DNA of 64,000 nucleotides from Girardia tigrina. Lineage: Eukaryota. A program made the translations under genes and the position numbers. Below the pieces are notes generated by a model. The model worked only from the letters and a program-made list of their open reading frames with translations. It searched no databases and was not told where the DNA came from. The stretch lies in contig MQRK01222230.1 in the NCBI GenBank assembly GCA_001938485.1, forward strand, positions 1 through 64,000. Reading direction: 5' to 3'. This document shows positions 13,246 through 25,447 of this stretch, piece by piece. Positions within the stretch are counted from its first letter, which is position 1; each line of letters starts with the position of its first letter.

Positions 13246-14932
13246 TAATAATATTTTAATAATTTTATTTTTAAAATTTCCTAAAAAGTCGAATTTTGTT
13301 GGATTTTCGCTTTTGTGATTTTCGTTTTTGGTAAATAAACTTTGTCGTCTTATATGATCAAAGATTTATTTGTCCCTCCCCGAGACCCGAACTTCACCCC
13401 CAGTGCCAGGGTGTCACAATTACACAAGTCCTGCGCACACTCTGCAATCAATAATTCTATCGTCATGTTTACAGTTCCCTTGTCATGTACACAAAATTTC
13501 ATGAAGTTAGAGTACAATCAATCCCTATTTTTCCTTAAAATGCTTTTATGGATTTGGGGAGATATATTTTGTCCTAAAAACACCGAGAACCATTTGAACA
13601 TTTTAATGATGTCTAGTTGGCTTTTAGGAGGTTCAAAGATTTCAAACTATCAATTTTTACAATGATAAAACATAAAATTTAGCAAATAAAGCCTAAATAC
13701 TGAACTTTGCTTCCCTGGGGCCAGTCCCCAGAGGGCTATCAGCAAAAAATCCATACCGATTATTTTTATTGGGCCAATAAGCAACTTAAAAATAATGGCG
13801 GTCCTATTTGCGTGCGGCACTTGGGGACCTTCCCTTATTAGTGAATTAATGAAAAATTAGTAGATTTTAATCCTTTAAATGTTTATCCTGTGTAAATGTT
13901 ATATCCAATTTGTTTGTTTACTGAATTCATGTAATCAGCAACAAACTTACCGAATTCACGAACTCAGCAATTGTTTGCCAAATTGATGAAATAGGCAATT
14001 TTTGCCTGTAATTATTTCTTTGAATATTTTTGTTTAATTTCACATAAATAGCAAAATAATTATATTATTTGTTGTCCAAAACTATAAAAAATAATTTCCA
14101 GCAAGAAAAGAATCATTTTTGGAAAAAAGAAGGGATTTATTTCAACAAAATTTAATTTTATATTTTATTTCAATAATATTTTTATCTCAAATAATAGAAA
14201 TAATTTACTTTTATTCTATTATTTGAAAGTAACTTGATGCTCTTAAAAGCTTTTCTAGCCTAAAATTTTGTGACTCGTTAGTTACTTTTATTTTAGTCAC
14301 TTTAATCCAGTTACTTTTTCGGAAATGTTTTCTATTGTCGACATCTAAATTATTTCGTTAAAAATTATGAATAAAAAAATTATTGAATTAAACCTTTTTT
14401 GAAATCGGTGGAGGTTCTTCTTGTTCCTTGACAGTATTTTGTTTATTCAAATAAAAAATATTTAAAAAATTTACTTCTTTTTTCGTTTCAGAGTAGTCTG
14501 TGAATGTTGCATATGATGAGATGGCTTTTCTCAGTCTTGCAATTGTTTTAGCGTATCTATTTTTTAATATTTTTTCACTTCTCTTAATAAATTAATTAAA
14601 TTTTCAAATAAAAAACTTTTCAATATTATAAATGTAAAAATAATATTTTAAAAAATAATATTTCAAGATTGAATGGTCAGTAAGATTATTTAATAAAAAA
14701 TCAATAATATAATTTAATTATCAGTAAATAAATGGTATCATCAGTAAAAAAATTAATATAGCAGTTCTTAATTTTATTGATCAGTTTTTTAAGTGAATAA
14801 TCAGTTAAATAATGATATTAGTCAATTAATAAATTTGTTCTGTAGTGAAAATAAACTATTGTGATATGTAAACAATTTTTAAATAATTTAAATTTGTTTA
14901 CATAATTTTAAAAAATATATTACATTTTCAAA

Positions 14933-16762
14933 ATGGCAACTTCACAATTGAATCTGTATACCAGTGATTCAGATTGGAAGCAGAAGAAAATGTTCAAGCA
15001 TATCAATAACACAAAAAACGAAAACGAACAGTTGGATAAAAACATCAACATTTGAAAGTGCGAGTGAAGCAGAGAGTTCTATTGAAAAGACATGGTCAAA
15101 ATATTATCACAATGTGACTGAAGATGATAGAAGAGTATGTTACTGCTGTAATCAAGTTAAACGCCATGGACCCCAGTGTAGTGCCAGTTTGAATTTACTA
15201 TATCATTCTGACAGTGATAAAGTAACAGTTTATAAAACAGACACAGATCATGACTCTCCAGATATTAATACACGTCGTGGTATAAATGATGAAATTAAAA
15301 AGATAATTGAAAAACTTTTTAATGATGGCCTTAAATAACCAAAACAAATTATTCGAGCTTTACAATCAAAAACAATAAAAATACCAACAACGGTTCAATT
15401 AAAAAATTTTCTGACTCAAATGAAAAAGAAAAAATATAGTGAAAATACAATAAATATTGGTGAATAGGAACAATGTTGTATTGCAAACTCAAATGTTCCA
15501 GTAATAAAAGATCAAACATTTGTTGTATCTTATAAGATAATATATGGAGATGAGGATGTTGATATTGAAGACAAAAATGAAATCATATTTCGTTTATTTA
15601 TTTCAACGATAAGATTATTGACGATTGCATCTGAATCCAGGCACGTTCATACTGACGCTACATACAAATTAGTATGGCAAAGGTTTCCAGTACTGATTTG
15701 GGGAACAACAGATTTAAATAAGTGTTTTCATCCTTTTGATTTATCGATATGCATAAATGAAAGAAAAAAATACTTTGAATTTATATTCCAAAGTATTCAA
15801 GATGGATTAAAAAAGATTCATAAGCAACTATTCAAGCCTAGGGAATTAGTTTTTGATGCCTTAGACGCAATAAAAACAGCTTTTATCAATGTATTTGGCA
15901 ACAATGATATCATTATGTGTTCGGGAACATATGAAAAGTAATGTGGTAAAGCTTATATATCAAATTGATGATAGAACTGTTCAAAGTAAAATATTGAATC
16001 ACTTTAACTTTGCAACTCAAAGGAATTATTTGAAATTACTTCTTTTTTATTTATGAGAAAGTGGAACAAGAAAAAAAACAATCTATTTTGGATTTTATTT
16101 TGTATTTTGACAATGAATGACTGAAAAAATAGTGGTTGGTATGAAGGAATGCAGAATTATATACCCAACACTAATAACGCACTTGAAACGACAAATAAAG
16201 CAATCAAAGATGAAGGAATCTATAGAGAAAGGCTTGTTTTATCCAGCTTCTTAGTTATTTCTATTTATATTGTGAATGATTCGTCAACGAACGTGATACA
16301 AAAAAGCCTACTTCTAAGACGTTTGCAAAGCAACCTACTATCAACTTACAGTTATGGACATCTGCTTATCAGTGGGCAAAACTGAGAAAAGATATCACAT
16401 GTGTTCAGAATGATGAAACAAAAATATACCATATACCAGCTGGTGATTTAGAGTCAATTTCACAAAATGATCTGAATAAGTTTATCAACAAAAGATGAAC
16501 TAACTTTAATCAATTTAAAAAGTCGTTCAATTTTTGGTGTGTGGTAATTCGTGGTACTAACTGGAAAACATTTACCTGCAATTGTCCTTTGTTTTTGAAA
16601 AATTTCTTATGCATGCATGTTGTAGATTTGATATTACGTTTAAAACTAAGCAAACCGCCACCGGCAGCAAAGAGTGTACCAATTGGAGAGAAAAAAAAGC
16701 GTGGTAGGCCAGTAAAAGCAAAGAAAGCTTTAATAAGGAATTTAAAAAATAATGGCAATTGA
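14933..16762 (+). mobile_element. MULE/MuDR transposase pseudogene with SWIM zinc finger
   Basis: HTDATYKL....PVLI.GTTD..K.FHPF, PNTNNALE, CNCP.FLK...C.H (SWIM) and KRGRP AT-hook; many stops. Confidence 0.9.
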
Positions 16763-16879
16763 TATTCATTATTAAAAAGTGAACGCCATTTTTCACAATT
16801 TATTTTCGTAATTAATTTCGGCGGATTACCCGCCATCTTCATACTAAATTAACACTGGCTTTTTGCAACTTATATATGA

Positions 16880-17142
16880 GAAAGGTGATTATGCAATCAA
16901 TCATGTAATAAAAGCTCTATTTGAAAATGTTTAACAGAGAAGTTGAGTGTGAAGCTTGGATATTAATTTTTGGATCCATGGATCTTATTAATNAGGCCTC
17001 ACACGTTACTCTCTCCCAGTAATTTTTAAATCGATTACACAGAATTTTAAAATCATTTTCTCCGATTTTCTTTTTACATTTTAAATTATGTTCGGCAATA
17101 TTGCTCCCATTATCCAACCGACTATGCTCTTTGATCATTTAT
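16880..17142 (-). mobile_element. Penelope 3' fragment (GIY-YIG C-terminus)
   Basis: IKEHS...SNIAEH...F.IL....YWERVTCEA.LIR..DPKINIQ. Confidence 0.85.
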
Positions 17143-17394
17143 TCATTTATTACTGATCATTTCTTTTTTTTAATTACTGATATTTTTTAAAATTATTTAC
17201 TGACCAATTCAACAATTTTACTGATCAATTTATTAATGTCCTATTTTTGAGTGTATCCCTAAGCAAGTAACATGGTTTATTATTAAACATTAGAAAAATA
17301 CCAAAAAAAGGAATAAAAATTAATAATTAAAATCATGATTATTTTTACTGATTTTTCAGTTTTATTTAAATAAAAACAAATAAAATTTTCTCAC

Positions 17395-17484
17395 AACTAT
17401 TTGTAAATCGATCTTTAAGGTTTTTAAGAATTGCATAAACATTTCGAAATTTCCGGAAAGTACGATAAATTTATAAGCCATTCT
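17395..17484 (-). CDS. Candidate cytoplasmic exon of the multi-Ig receptor
   Basis: Acceptor ctttag after a 44-nt intron (17485-17528); open in phase 0 (RMAYKFIVLSGNFEMFMQFLKTLKIDLQIV); candidate donor gtgaga. Confidence 0.4.
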
Positions 17485-17528
17485 CTAAAGAATTATGTTA
17501 CATGCAAATAAGAAAAACAAAGATTAAC

Positions 17529-17731
17529 TTTTGATATCCTTTTTTTCTCAAAAAAGCCGAGTATTAAGTATAATTCCAAGCTGGTTATATATTCTTGGTG
17601 TATATAATATGCGCAGATCGAAATTATCAGAAAGATAACTTTTAAAATAATGGCCCATAAAATAGAAATCAATATAATGTATGATTGAACTTTTTGGGGG
17701 AAAGTTTTGAAATTAAAAGTAATATTAATTC
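17529..17731 (-). CDS. Transmembrane exon of the multi-Ig receptor
   Basis: Acceptor ttttatttag; phase-1 frame open: INITFNFKTFPQKVQSYIILISILWAIILKVIFLIISICAYYIHQEYITSLELYLILGFFEKKRISK; donor gttaat. Not in the ORF track because it lacks a start codon. Confidence 0.6.
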
Positions 17732-17769
17732 CTAAATAAAATAATATATAACACTTAATCTATAATCAA

Positions 17770-18300
17770 AACTTGAAAGCCAATTAAAAACGTTTATTAA
17801 TTTCGACGGTTTAACCGTCATCGTCAGAACAAATGATTTTTCAAAAGAAATTTACTTATATAGTGCAGTTAATGATTATGCAATCAATANGTAATCAGTA
17901 CATCATTTAAAAACTCTCAACAAAGTTGTAGAGAGTGTAGTTTGAACGTTAATTTTAGGATCCAAAGATCTAATATATAACGCTTCACATGTCACTCTCT
18001 CCCAATAATTTTTAAATTGAGTGCACAGAATTTTAAAGTGTTGTTAAGTTATATCTCCTTTACAATGTCTTCTATGTCCTGCAATGTTAATTCCACCTTC
18101 ATTGCGACTGTGTTCCTGGATTCTCTTACAGAGATGACGTGAAGTCTCTCCAATGTATGTGGCGTTACACCCATTACATGTATATTGGTAAATGAGATCC
18201 GAACACAATCCCAATGGCGTTGGAGATTTATTGCCGAACATGCTTTCAATTTTCTGGGTACGGGATATTACTTTTAAACTTATTGCATTTCATCGGTTAA
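17770..18300 (-). mobile_element. Penelope 3' fragment with hammerhead
   Basis: LIYQYTCNGCNATYIGETSRHL..RIQEH (GIY-YIG), followed by a 3' region with a hammerhead. Confidence 0.9.
17792..17830 (-). ncRNA. Minimal type I hammerhead ribozyme
   Basis: Reverse complement gtt-CTGACGA-t-gacgg ttaaa ccgtc-GAAA-ttaa-TA-aac; AUA triplet. Confidence 0.85.
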
Positions 18301-18524
18301 ATCAATGTTACTTAAGTTTAAAACAGTATTTTTAACATTAAATTTAAAAACACCAAACAATTAATCTATAAACCTTAATTTTATTATAAATTTTAAAATA
18401 AATAATTTCATCAAAGGAACAAATTGACATAACTTTTGTGCTATCGATTTTTATTATAAATTGTACCTGTGGAATTTAACATGCGATTTTCATGTGTAAC
18501 AATAAAATTTATTTTCTCATTCTA

Positions 18525-18771
18525 CAGGGTGCCCAGTAGAAAACCAAAGGATTTTATGAAACCAAAGTGTTTTTAATTAAACACGTGATAAAGGCAAACA
18601 ATTATACTTACATAAATAAGCTTGTTCTTCAGTGGTTTTCAAAATGTTCTCCGTCATTGTTGCAACACTTTATTTTATTTATGTAAGTATAAATTTGTTT
18701 GCTTTTATCAAGTGTTTAATTAAATAATTTTTGGTTTCATAAAATCCTTTGGTTCTCTACTAGGCACTCTG
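18525..18771. mobile_element. Tc1/mariner-derived MITE
   Basis: ~40-bp TIRs cagggtgcccagtagaaaaccaaaggattttatgaaaccaaa; TA TSD. Confidence 0.85.
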
Positions 18772-18950
18772 TACTGTTTCGCCATTTTCTCGTAACTAGG
18801 GCTCGATATAAATTGCACCAAAAATACTTAAAACTTATTTTTATGATTATGACTAAGGGCTGGTTAAAATAATGTTTAATATATTTTTGGGAGTAGAATA
18901 AATTTTAAGTCTTTGTGTAATGATTATAGTCATTTAAATATTCACACGTT

Positions 18951-19408
18951 TGTGAGGGATAATTCGGAATGTAGTAAGTTTGTTATTTGCATGCTGTTTT
19001 AATTTGTAGCTCTCCTACTCAGATGGGATTGATATGTTTATTGATTGATTATTTAAATCTAATGATATTAATTTTAAATACTAATTAATTAAAGTTTTAT
19101 AATTATGAATTTTAATAATATTTTTAGTAAACAATTTTAACTTATTAAATTTAATATATTTTAAAAATTAATGTTCATTTAAAAAATTACATAATGCCTT
19201 TTTATCCAATAAAATTTAAGCAATTAAAAATTAATATTAAAAAATTTCCCATTCATTGTTTTTAGATTTGAATATATAAACAAAAACTATATCAATCAAA
19301 GAAAGATGCTCTCTGAAAATTGCTGTGAAGAATCTGTTTGTATTGTCAATAAATGTTTACATTCAAATTGTGATGTTGTTAATACGTTTATTTAAAATGT
19401 GAACTACA
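18951..19408 (+). mobile_element. Solo LTR
   Basis: TG...CA ends, TATA-like tatataaa, aataaa, and similarity along its length to 51617-52090; no clear TSD. Confidence 0.7.
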
Positions 19409-19499
19409 TTCGGTAAAAACAGTGAAAATTATTCTATTAATTAATATATAAAAGACAAAACAAATACGGGATGATTTCCAGAAAATTATATTTTATTGA

Positions 19500-21103
19500 A
19501 ACAAGTTTTAACGTTTTTTATAAATCATTTTTGGATGTTCCTCGCTAACAAAACAACAATTAACGTCACTTTTTGTGTGAGATTTTTGGTCAAAATTCCA
19601 ACCTAGCTTACATTGAACTTTTGCTTTGCGAACAACATAATATTTGAGTTTGCATTATTAGCTGTGAAGGGTTTCCGAAGAGCTGTTCCAATATAAAAAT
19701 AACCCTCTTTTATAACTTTTTTGGCACTCCAGAAAGGAAACACATGCATTGATGCTTGAAATATAAATTATGAATATTTTGTAATGTAGGTTGACACTTT
19801 CACATTCATGACATCTACTTACTTTTTAGTTTTGTTGCAATGGGCAATAAAAATTGGCTTGCTGTTCTTAGTGTTAGTCCTTTATATACGTCATGTCCTT
19901 GTATCTTTTTTTGTCAAAACGTAAAAAGCAATTTATAGTTACTAAGCGACAGATGCATGTTTCTTCGAAATATTATTCTGTCCTGATTTGAACTTCATAA
20001 CTCTTTAAAAGACTTATGATTGTCTTTGTACACACCTTCTGAAATACAAAAATCCTAAAAGGCATGAAATTCTAAACGAGAAATTCTTTTCACTTTCACA
20101 ATTAGCTTCAACAATGCTATGTTCAAAAATGTAGTTAAAGGAGATATAAAATCTTTGACTCGAGATGAATGTAATTTTTTATAGCGAGCTTATGACATAG
20201 AATATTTCTACCTTATATTTGATCAATATTTTTGAAGACTTAATCAGTCAATATTACACCAGATGGGCTGCTGACGTACTTTTCTACTGCTACATTATCC
20301 TTAAATTCTTTATTGTCAATATCTAATGCCTCTTTCCATAGTGATAGCACTTATCACTTGCTTTATGTCCATCTGGATTTTGAAAATATAATAGATTCAA
20401 AGAATGTTGGGAAACTATCTTTGTACTATGGCTTGGATTCATAAGATATATAATTAATTGAATTTATAAAACGTTTTCCGTAAGTACAAGTAATCTAATA
20501 AATAATATGCCATTCATCAAAATAAAAATCAGAACCGTAGCCATCGGGTGGCAGAAGGGGGCTGAGCACCACCTAGACTTCTCCATGAATGATTTTCCAT
20601 GACTAACAATTTTTATTTCTATCCCATTTAACAAATTGGAGTGTGAATGAGTGGTTGGAGAAAAGCAGCACAATGATTCTCTTCTTTCCTGCCAATGCAC
20701 GCAAATCACAATTTGAATAAAGTTTATACAGCAAAACCTCTCCACAGTAGAACTTCTGTGACATAGAAGCAGTCGATGTTACAGACCAGCCAATCTAACT
20801 TGAGCTACCAGGCATTTGAAGCATAACGTTCGAATTGCATCAATTTTGATAACATTTATTTCACTCACAAAAGACAGAAAGTTGCAAATGTTTTAATTAA
20901 TGTTACAATGTTGTCATTCTGATGTTTGTATTTAGTATAATACTATGGCCAACACTGAATTTCTTATTTCCTTTCACAAATAGTACTTAAAATAAGCACA
21001 ACATAATCCACTACATAGACGATAGACAAGAAAATACCAGAAATAATCGATTATCGAGCCACACCTGAGCCCCATCTAACGTTCTCGGTTGGCTACGGCC
21101 CTG
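19500..21103 (-). mobile_element. Degenerate hAT element
   Basis: Terminus cagggccgtagccaacc (same type as 27496); heavily decayed transposase. Left boundary approximate. Confidence 0.5.
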
Positions 21104-21149
21104 GTAAACATACTACGATATAAAAAACTAATAAATTAAAATTATTTAC

Positions 21150-21374
21150 TCCAACGTTTATTTTCAAATAGAACATGATGATTCAATCGAAAGAGCATTT
21201 AATGGAAGTAACACGATAAATAGATATTTTGTGATACCAAAAACTTCCCTTAAAATCTATGTGCTTGGGGTAGGATTCCTTTTTGACATTTTCTCGATCA
21301 TCGAAGATAACCAACAGTAAAGCTGATTTTCCTTGTTCATGAATATTATGAACTAACGGGTGTAAAGGCAAAAT
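21150..21374 (-). pseudogene. Candidate decayed domain exon of the Ig-like locus
   Basis: Open frame with one internal TGA (21183-21185) and donor gtaaat; 5' part abuts a MITE terminus (gcgaagcaagac). Confidence 0.35.
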
Positions 21375-21434
21375 CTGGCGAAGCAAGACATTTCGACGCC
21401 AGAAATTAGGATTTAAATGAAATATGAATAAAAT

Positions 21435-21680
21435 GAAATAACTTGTTATTAATTAGGATTTTTAGGATAAATATTAAATAATTTGTTATTAATTATGAAT
21501 TTTGGGAATAAAATTAAATAATTGGTTATTAATTAGGATTTTTGGGCATAAAATTAAATAATTGGTTATTAATTAGGATTTTTGGGCATAAAATTAAATA
21601 ATTGGTTATTAATTATTTAATTTTTGGGCATAAAATTAAATAATTGGTTATTAATTAGGATTTTTGGGCATAAAATTAAT
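21435..21680. repeat. 40-bp tandem repeat (~6 copies) inside a MITE-like insert
   Basis: Unit attggttattaattaggatttttgggcataaaattaaata. Confidence 0.9.
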
Positions 21681-22052
21681 GGTTTCCTTATCATTTTTAA
21701 TTTTAAGATATTGAATAAGCATATTAACATTAAAATATTTTACCTTTAAAAAAATAATAAATTATTCTGGCGAGATAAAAATTTAAATTAACCCCTCATA
21801 ATACGTATATTGAATATTGAACACATCAATATAAAATTAATTATTATTATTGATAAGTTGTTTAAATAATCAGTCTTTTACAAAATGAGAAAAGGTATAA
21901 ATTTGAACTATTATGAATAACGAGTTCATAAGCAGAACCTCAGCATCAGAAACCATTTAAAACATCAATTATATATATATATTAAGATTTAATGGCAATT
22001 TATTTGTAAAAAAAATAAATAACAAACGCGATTTTAAAAGTTTTTTATTTCT

Positions 22053-22087
22053 CAAAACATGTTTCGCCATTACGGCATCATCAGTTG
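22053..22087 (-). ncRNA. Minimal type I hammerhead ribozyme
   Basis: Reverse complement caa-CTGATGA-t-gccg taa tggc-GAAA-catg-TT-ttg. Confidence 0.85.
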
Positions 22088-22153
22088 TGAAATAAATTTC
22101 AAATTACAAGTCATTTATATGGCACATTGACTTGTAATTTGAAATTTACTTCA

Positions 22154-22188
22154 CAACTGATGATGCCGTAATGGCGAAACATGTTTTG
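22154..22188 (+). ncRNA. Minimal type I hammerhead ribozyme
   Basis: caa-CTGATGA-t-gccg taa tggc-GAAA-catg-TT-ttg; palindromic stem III, GUU triplet. Confidence 0.85.
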
Positions 22189-22223
22189 AGAAATAAAAAA
22201 CTTTTAAAATGGCGTTTGTTATT

Positions 22224-22306
22224 TATATATATATATATATATATATNNNNNNNNNNNNNNNNNNNNNNNNNNNNNNNNNNNNNNNNNNNNNNNNNNATAT
22301 ATATAT

Positions 22307-22341
<35 letters not shown>
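22224..22341. repeat. (TA)n and (GATA)n microsatellites around an assembly gap
   Basis: Seen directly in sequence. Confidence 0.9.
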
Positions 22342-22479
22342 CAATGCTACTACGCAACAGATAGTCTCAAATTTGTTCAGGAAATTATTGAAAGGTAATT
22401 TAAACCTCAATAACGAATTTCGGGGTCACCCAAGAACGCAGGTAGACAAGGATTGCATTAAGGATCGTAACAAAACTAC

Positions 22480-22760
22480 AAAAACTTGAGGTGACCATTC
22501 TGTATCCTCCTCTATGCTCACCAGATTTAGCCATAACTAATTACCATTTCTTCCTAAATTTGAAAAACTTTTTGATAGGAAAAAAATCAATTCCAAAGAT
22601 GCCTCAAAATAACATTCGAGGAATTTATATAATTCTTACCCACCCAATTTTTATTTAAATTGCCTCAACAAGCTGGCGCTCGGATGGAAAAAGTGTGTCG
22701 ATAATATGGCTGTATACGTTGATGAATGACATAAGCATATTTATTGGTAAATTATCAATA
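22480..22760 (+). mobile_element. mariner 3' remnant
   Basis: Decayed (H)PP.SPDLA..(D)YHFF..L motif and RW.KCV. Confidence 0.65.
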
Positions 22761-23014
22761 AACTTTGACTTTAGTTTTACGAATTTCATACGTGTTTTCT
22801 TTTTTTACAAATATTTGATCTGGATCACTTAAAACATTTATATGCTTTCACAAAATTATTTAAAAGAAATCGTCAGAAATCGGTTATTTCTTTAAAGAAA
22901 CATGTTATAAATATTAATTTTCAAATGATATTCAAAAATGTATTTCATAACTTAAGTTAAAATGTTAAATTATGTTCTTTACAATTAAACAATAGGAACA
23001 TCTTTAAAACCTAC

Positions 23015-23353
23015 TTTCGAATTCGAATAAAAATGTTTGTGACTTGCTAATACTTCCTCCACCTTTAGATGATGATACAGCGATACACGTACAAAAATAT
23101 AAACCTTTCTGTAAAACATAATCGAACCTCAAAGTTTGAACATCCTCCAATTGTACATTTATTAGAAAATTTCCGTATTTATCTATAATACTATCGTTAT
23201 AAGATTTCATATCGTACTCCATTTTTATATAATCATCACTCTGATTACAAAACCAGCTATAAACGAAAACCCTGTCAATGGAATTCGATTTACAAGTAAC
23301 GGCATATCCTCTTTTTACCAAACCGGGGCTCAAATATAGTTGTAGATTGTCCT
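23015..23353 (-). CDS. Multi-Ig receptor exon 9 (WxC/CxC Ig-like domain)
   Basis: Acceptor atcacag, donor gtaggt, phase 1/1, 339 nt open: LYLSPGLVKRGYAVTC...YSWFC...GLYFCTC. Confidence 0.85.
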
Positions 23354-23984
23354 CTGTGATAAATTTTGATAATAGAAATGCATGCAAATTTAGTTAAGAA
23401 TAATGAAAGTAATTAGGTGAAGCTCATTCAGACTAAATTTAAGACTTTACTTAATTCATAATAATTAATATTAAGAATATTAACAATACTAATAATAATA
23501 ATAGTAATGATAATTATTTAAAAACGAAGCAAGTGTTCTTCACAAAATGATAAGCACGATATAATTTGGATTATAAATAACAAAATACTTTATTTTATTG
23601 TTTTTTTTGTCAGTGAGCAAAAGTACCAGGTGCGTACATGAGTACATTCGCACCATGCCTCGGGCCGAATATATTAAATGAACAGATCAACCCTTCTTAT
23701 ATATCTTCCAAAATTTAATAAAAAAGAAACTGGCAGACTAAGTGAAATAGGTAATTTAGAAATAATTATTTTTAATTTTTTTTATTAACAACACTTAATA
23801 TCTTAACACGAAAAAAATAAGTATTTTATAATGAGTATTTTTGTTATGTTTTCTTTTGTAAAATGTTGTGGTACACAACAGCTTATAAGTTTTGAAACCA
23901 TTTTTGCCCTTTACATTTGTTTACGTTTCCTTTGTCTCACAATTCGTAAATGTTTTCGAATGTTTGATGTGCATTACTCTGAAG

Positions 23985-24598
23985 TAGGGTTTCTGTCCCG
24001 GGATTTCCCGTTCCCGATTTTGTGGGAATAAATTTATAAATGAATAAATGATATCATAAATGAAAAATAACACTATAATAATATATTTAAAAATATCAAA
24101 ATTTAAAAAATATTTTTTTAAAATATTTTTGTTTTATTATTAAATAAAAGCACCACTTTTTTTATTTTTGATTAAATTAATATAAAATTCAATCCCATTT
24201 CGTCTATTGTAAAAACAGTAGAAGATATCTCGCTTGCGATGATTTCTTATGTTTAAATTGGTTATGCGAAATTGAATTGGAAGATTCGTATAATAAGCAT
24301 ATAGTTTTATATTTTTTATATTTTCATAATTATCATAAAATTAGATATCACTACCCAAGAAAATTGATTCTAAAAATTATCAAAAAATCATCGATTTTGG
24401 CCCTTTTTTCACTATTTTCATTCAAAATTATAGATCATTAACCAAGAATTATATATCATACCCACGGATAGATTACTTGGGTTATTGGGTAGTGGTCTAA
24501 GTACTCCATAAACATACTACTCCCGAGAATCCCGGGAAAGTCTTCAAAATATTCTCGTTTCCCGGGAAGCACTATTTGCCGGGAATTGAGAAACCCTA
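23985..24598. mobile_element. hAT MITE
   Basis: Termini tagggtttct / agaaacccta; 8-bp TSD ctctgaag/cactgaag. Confidence 0.85.
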
Positions 24599-24810
24599 CA
24601 CTGAAGCATGAACTTGCTAGAAAATATCGCAAATCACGTTTCATTATCTTTTATTAAAAGCAAAACATATGGCATTAGAAAAAAATGAAATATTATTGAA
24701 ACAAATATTTAAAATACCATAAAATAAGCTTTCGAATGATATATAACAATTTATATTTATTGGGTTCGTGATCAACGATAGAATTCATAACACAAATATT
24801 TATTGACATA

Positions 24811-24969
24811 CAGTTGAACCTGTCTAATCCGTCCCTCTTTAATCCGGCAACATGTCTAATCCAGCAGGTCCGAAAATCCCCATTTTTCAATTACGGTATT
24901 TGTTCTGACTCTCTCTATTCCGGCGTATTTTGAAATCCCCTGCCATGCCAGAATAGACAGGTTCTACTG
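24811..24969. mobile_element. pogo-type MITE
   Basis: TIRs cagttgaacctgtcta / tagacaggttctactg; TA TSD. Confidence 0.85.
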
Positions 24970-25101
24970 TAACAATTAAGTATTTTTCAAACAAATTTAT
25001 CAAGAACGATGTTTTCTTGTTTTGCACAAATCAAATATTAAATTTGCTAAATATAAATGAATATCAATTTATAAATTTTAATTGAATTATAAATATTTAA
25101 A

Positions 25102-25182
25102 AGTACCTCATTTAAAAACTCCCAACCAAGTTGTAGAGAATGCAGTTTGAACGTTATTTTTAGGATCCAAAGATCTTATATT
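25102..25182 (-). mobile_element. Short Penelope 3' fragment
   Basis: Matches 17897-17975 (atttaaaaact...tttgaacgtta.ttttaggatccaaagatct). Confidence 0.75.
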
Positions 25183-25199
25183 TCACAAAAGATCTTATA

Positions 25200-25394
25200 T
25201 ATCACAAAGATCTGAACATTACAATATGAAATTGCAAAACATCTCGATGTCATGTTGAAACCTTTAATTCCTAAAGGTTTTGGGTGTCTTGATAGTTTTG
25301 AATTTGTAGATTTTATTTCAAAATTTGATATTAAACATAACGATAAAATTATTATAATATGTGTGAGTCTGATTGGTTTTTTGAAGCATGACAT
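25200..25394 (-). pseudogene. Candidate paralogous leader + V-like exon, truncated by Penelope insertion
   Basis: MSCFKKPIRLTHIIIILSLCLIS signal-like N-terminus; GFNMTSRCFA aligns with exon 1 GYKSVAKCEA; AG acceptor 6 nt before the ATG. Confidence 0.4.
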
Positions 25395-25447
25395 CTCTCC
25401 CTAGACAATTGAAGTCAAGTATTGTTGAATTTAAAAATGTCTATTAA

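Larger units (their letters stand above)
22015..22226. repeat. ~99-bp-arm palindrome of Penelope terminal sequence with a hammerhead on each strand
   Basis: 22015-22113 is the near-perfect reverse complement of 22128-22226, with a 14-nt loop. Confidence 0.9.

Noticed and set aside
21435-21680. CRISPR-like array
   Set aside because: Head-to-tail 40-bp units with no unique spacers, in eukaryotic context with no cas genes.
23450-23560. Hydrophobic TM or leader exon upstream of exon 9
   Set aside because: Produced by (ATT)n low-complexity sequence; stops in all frames and no acceptor.
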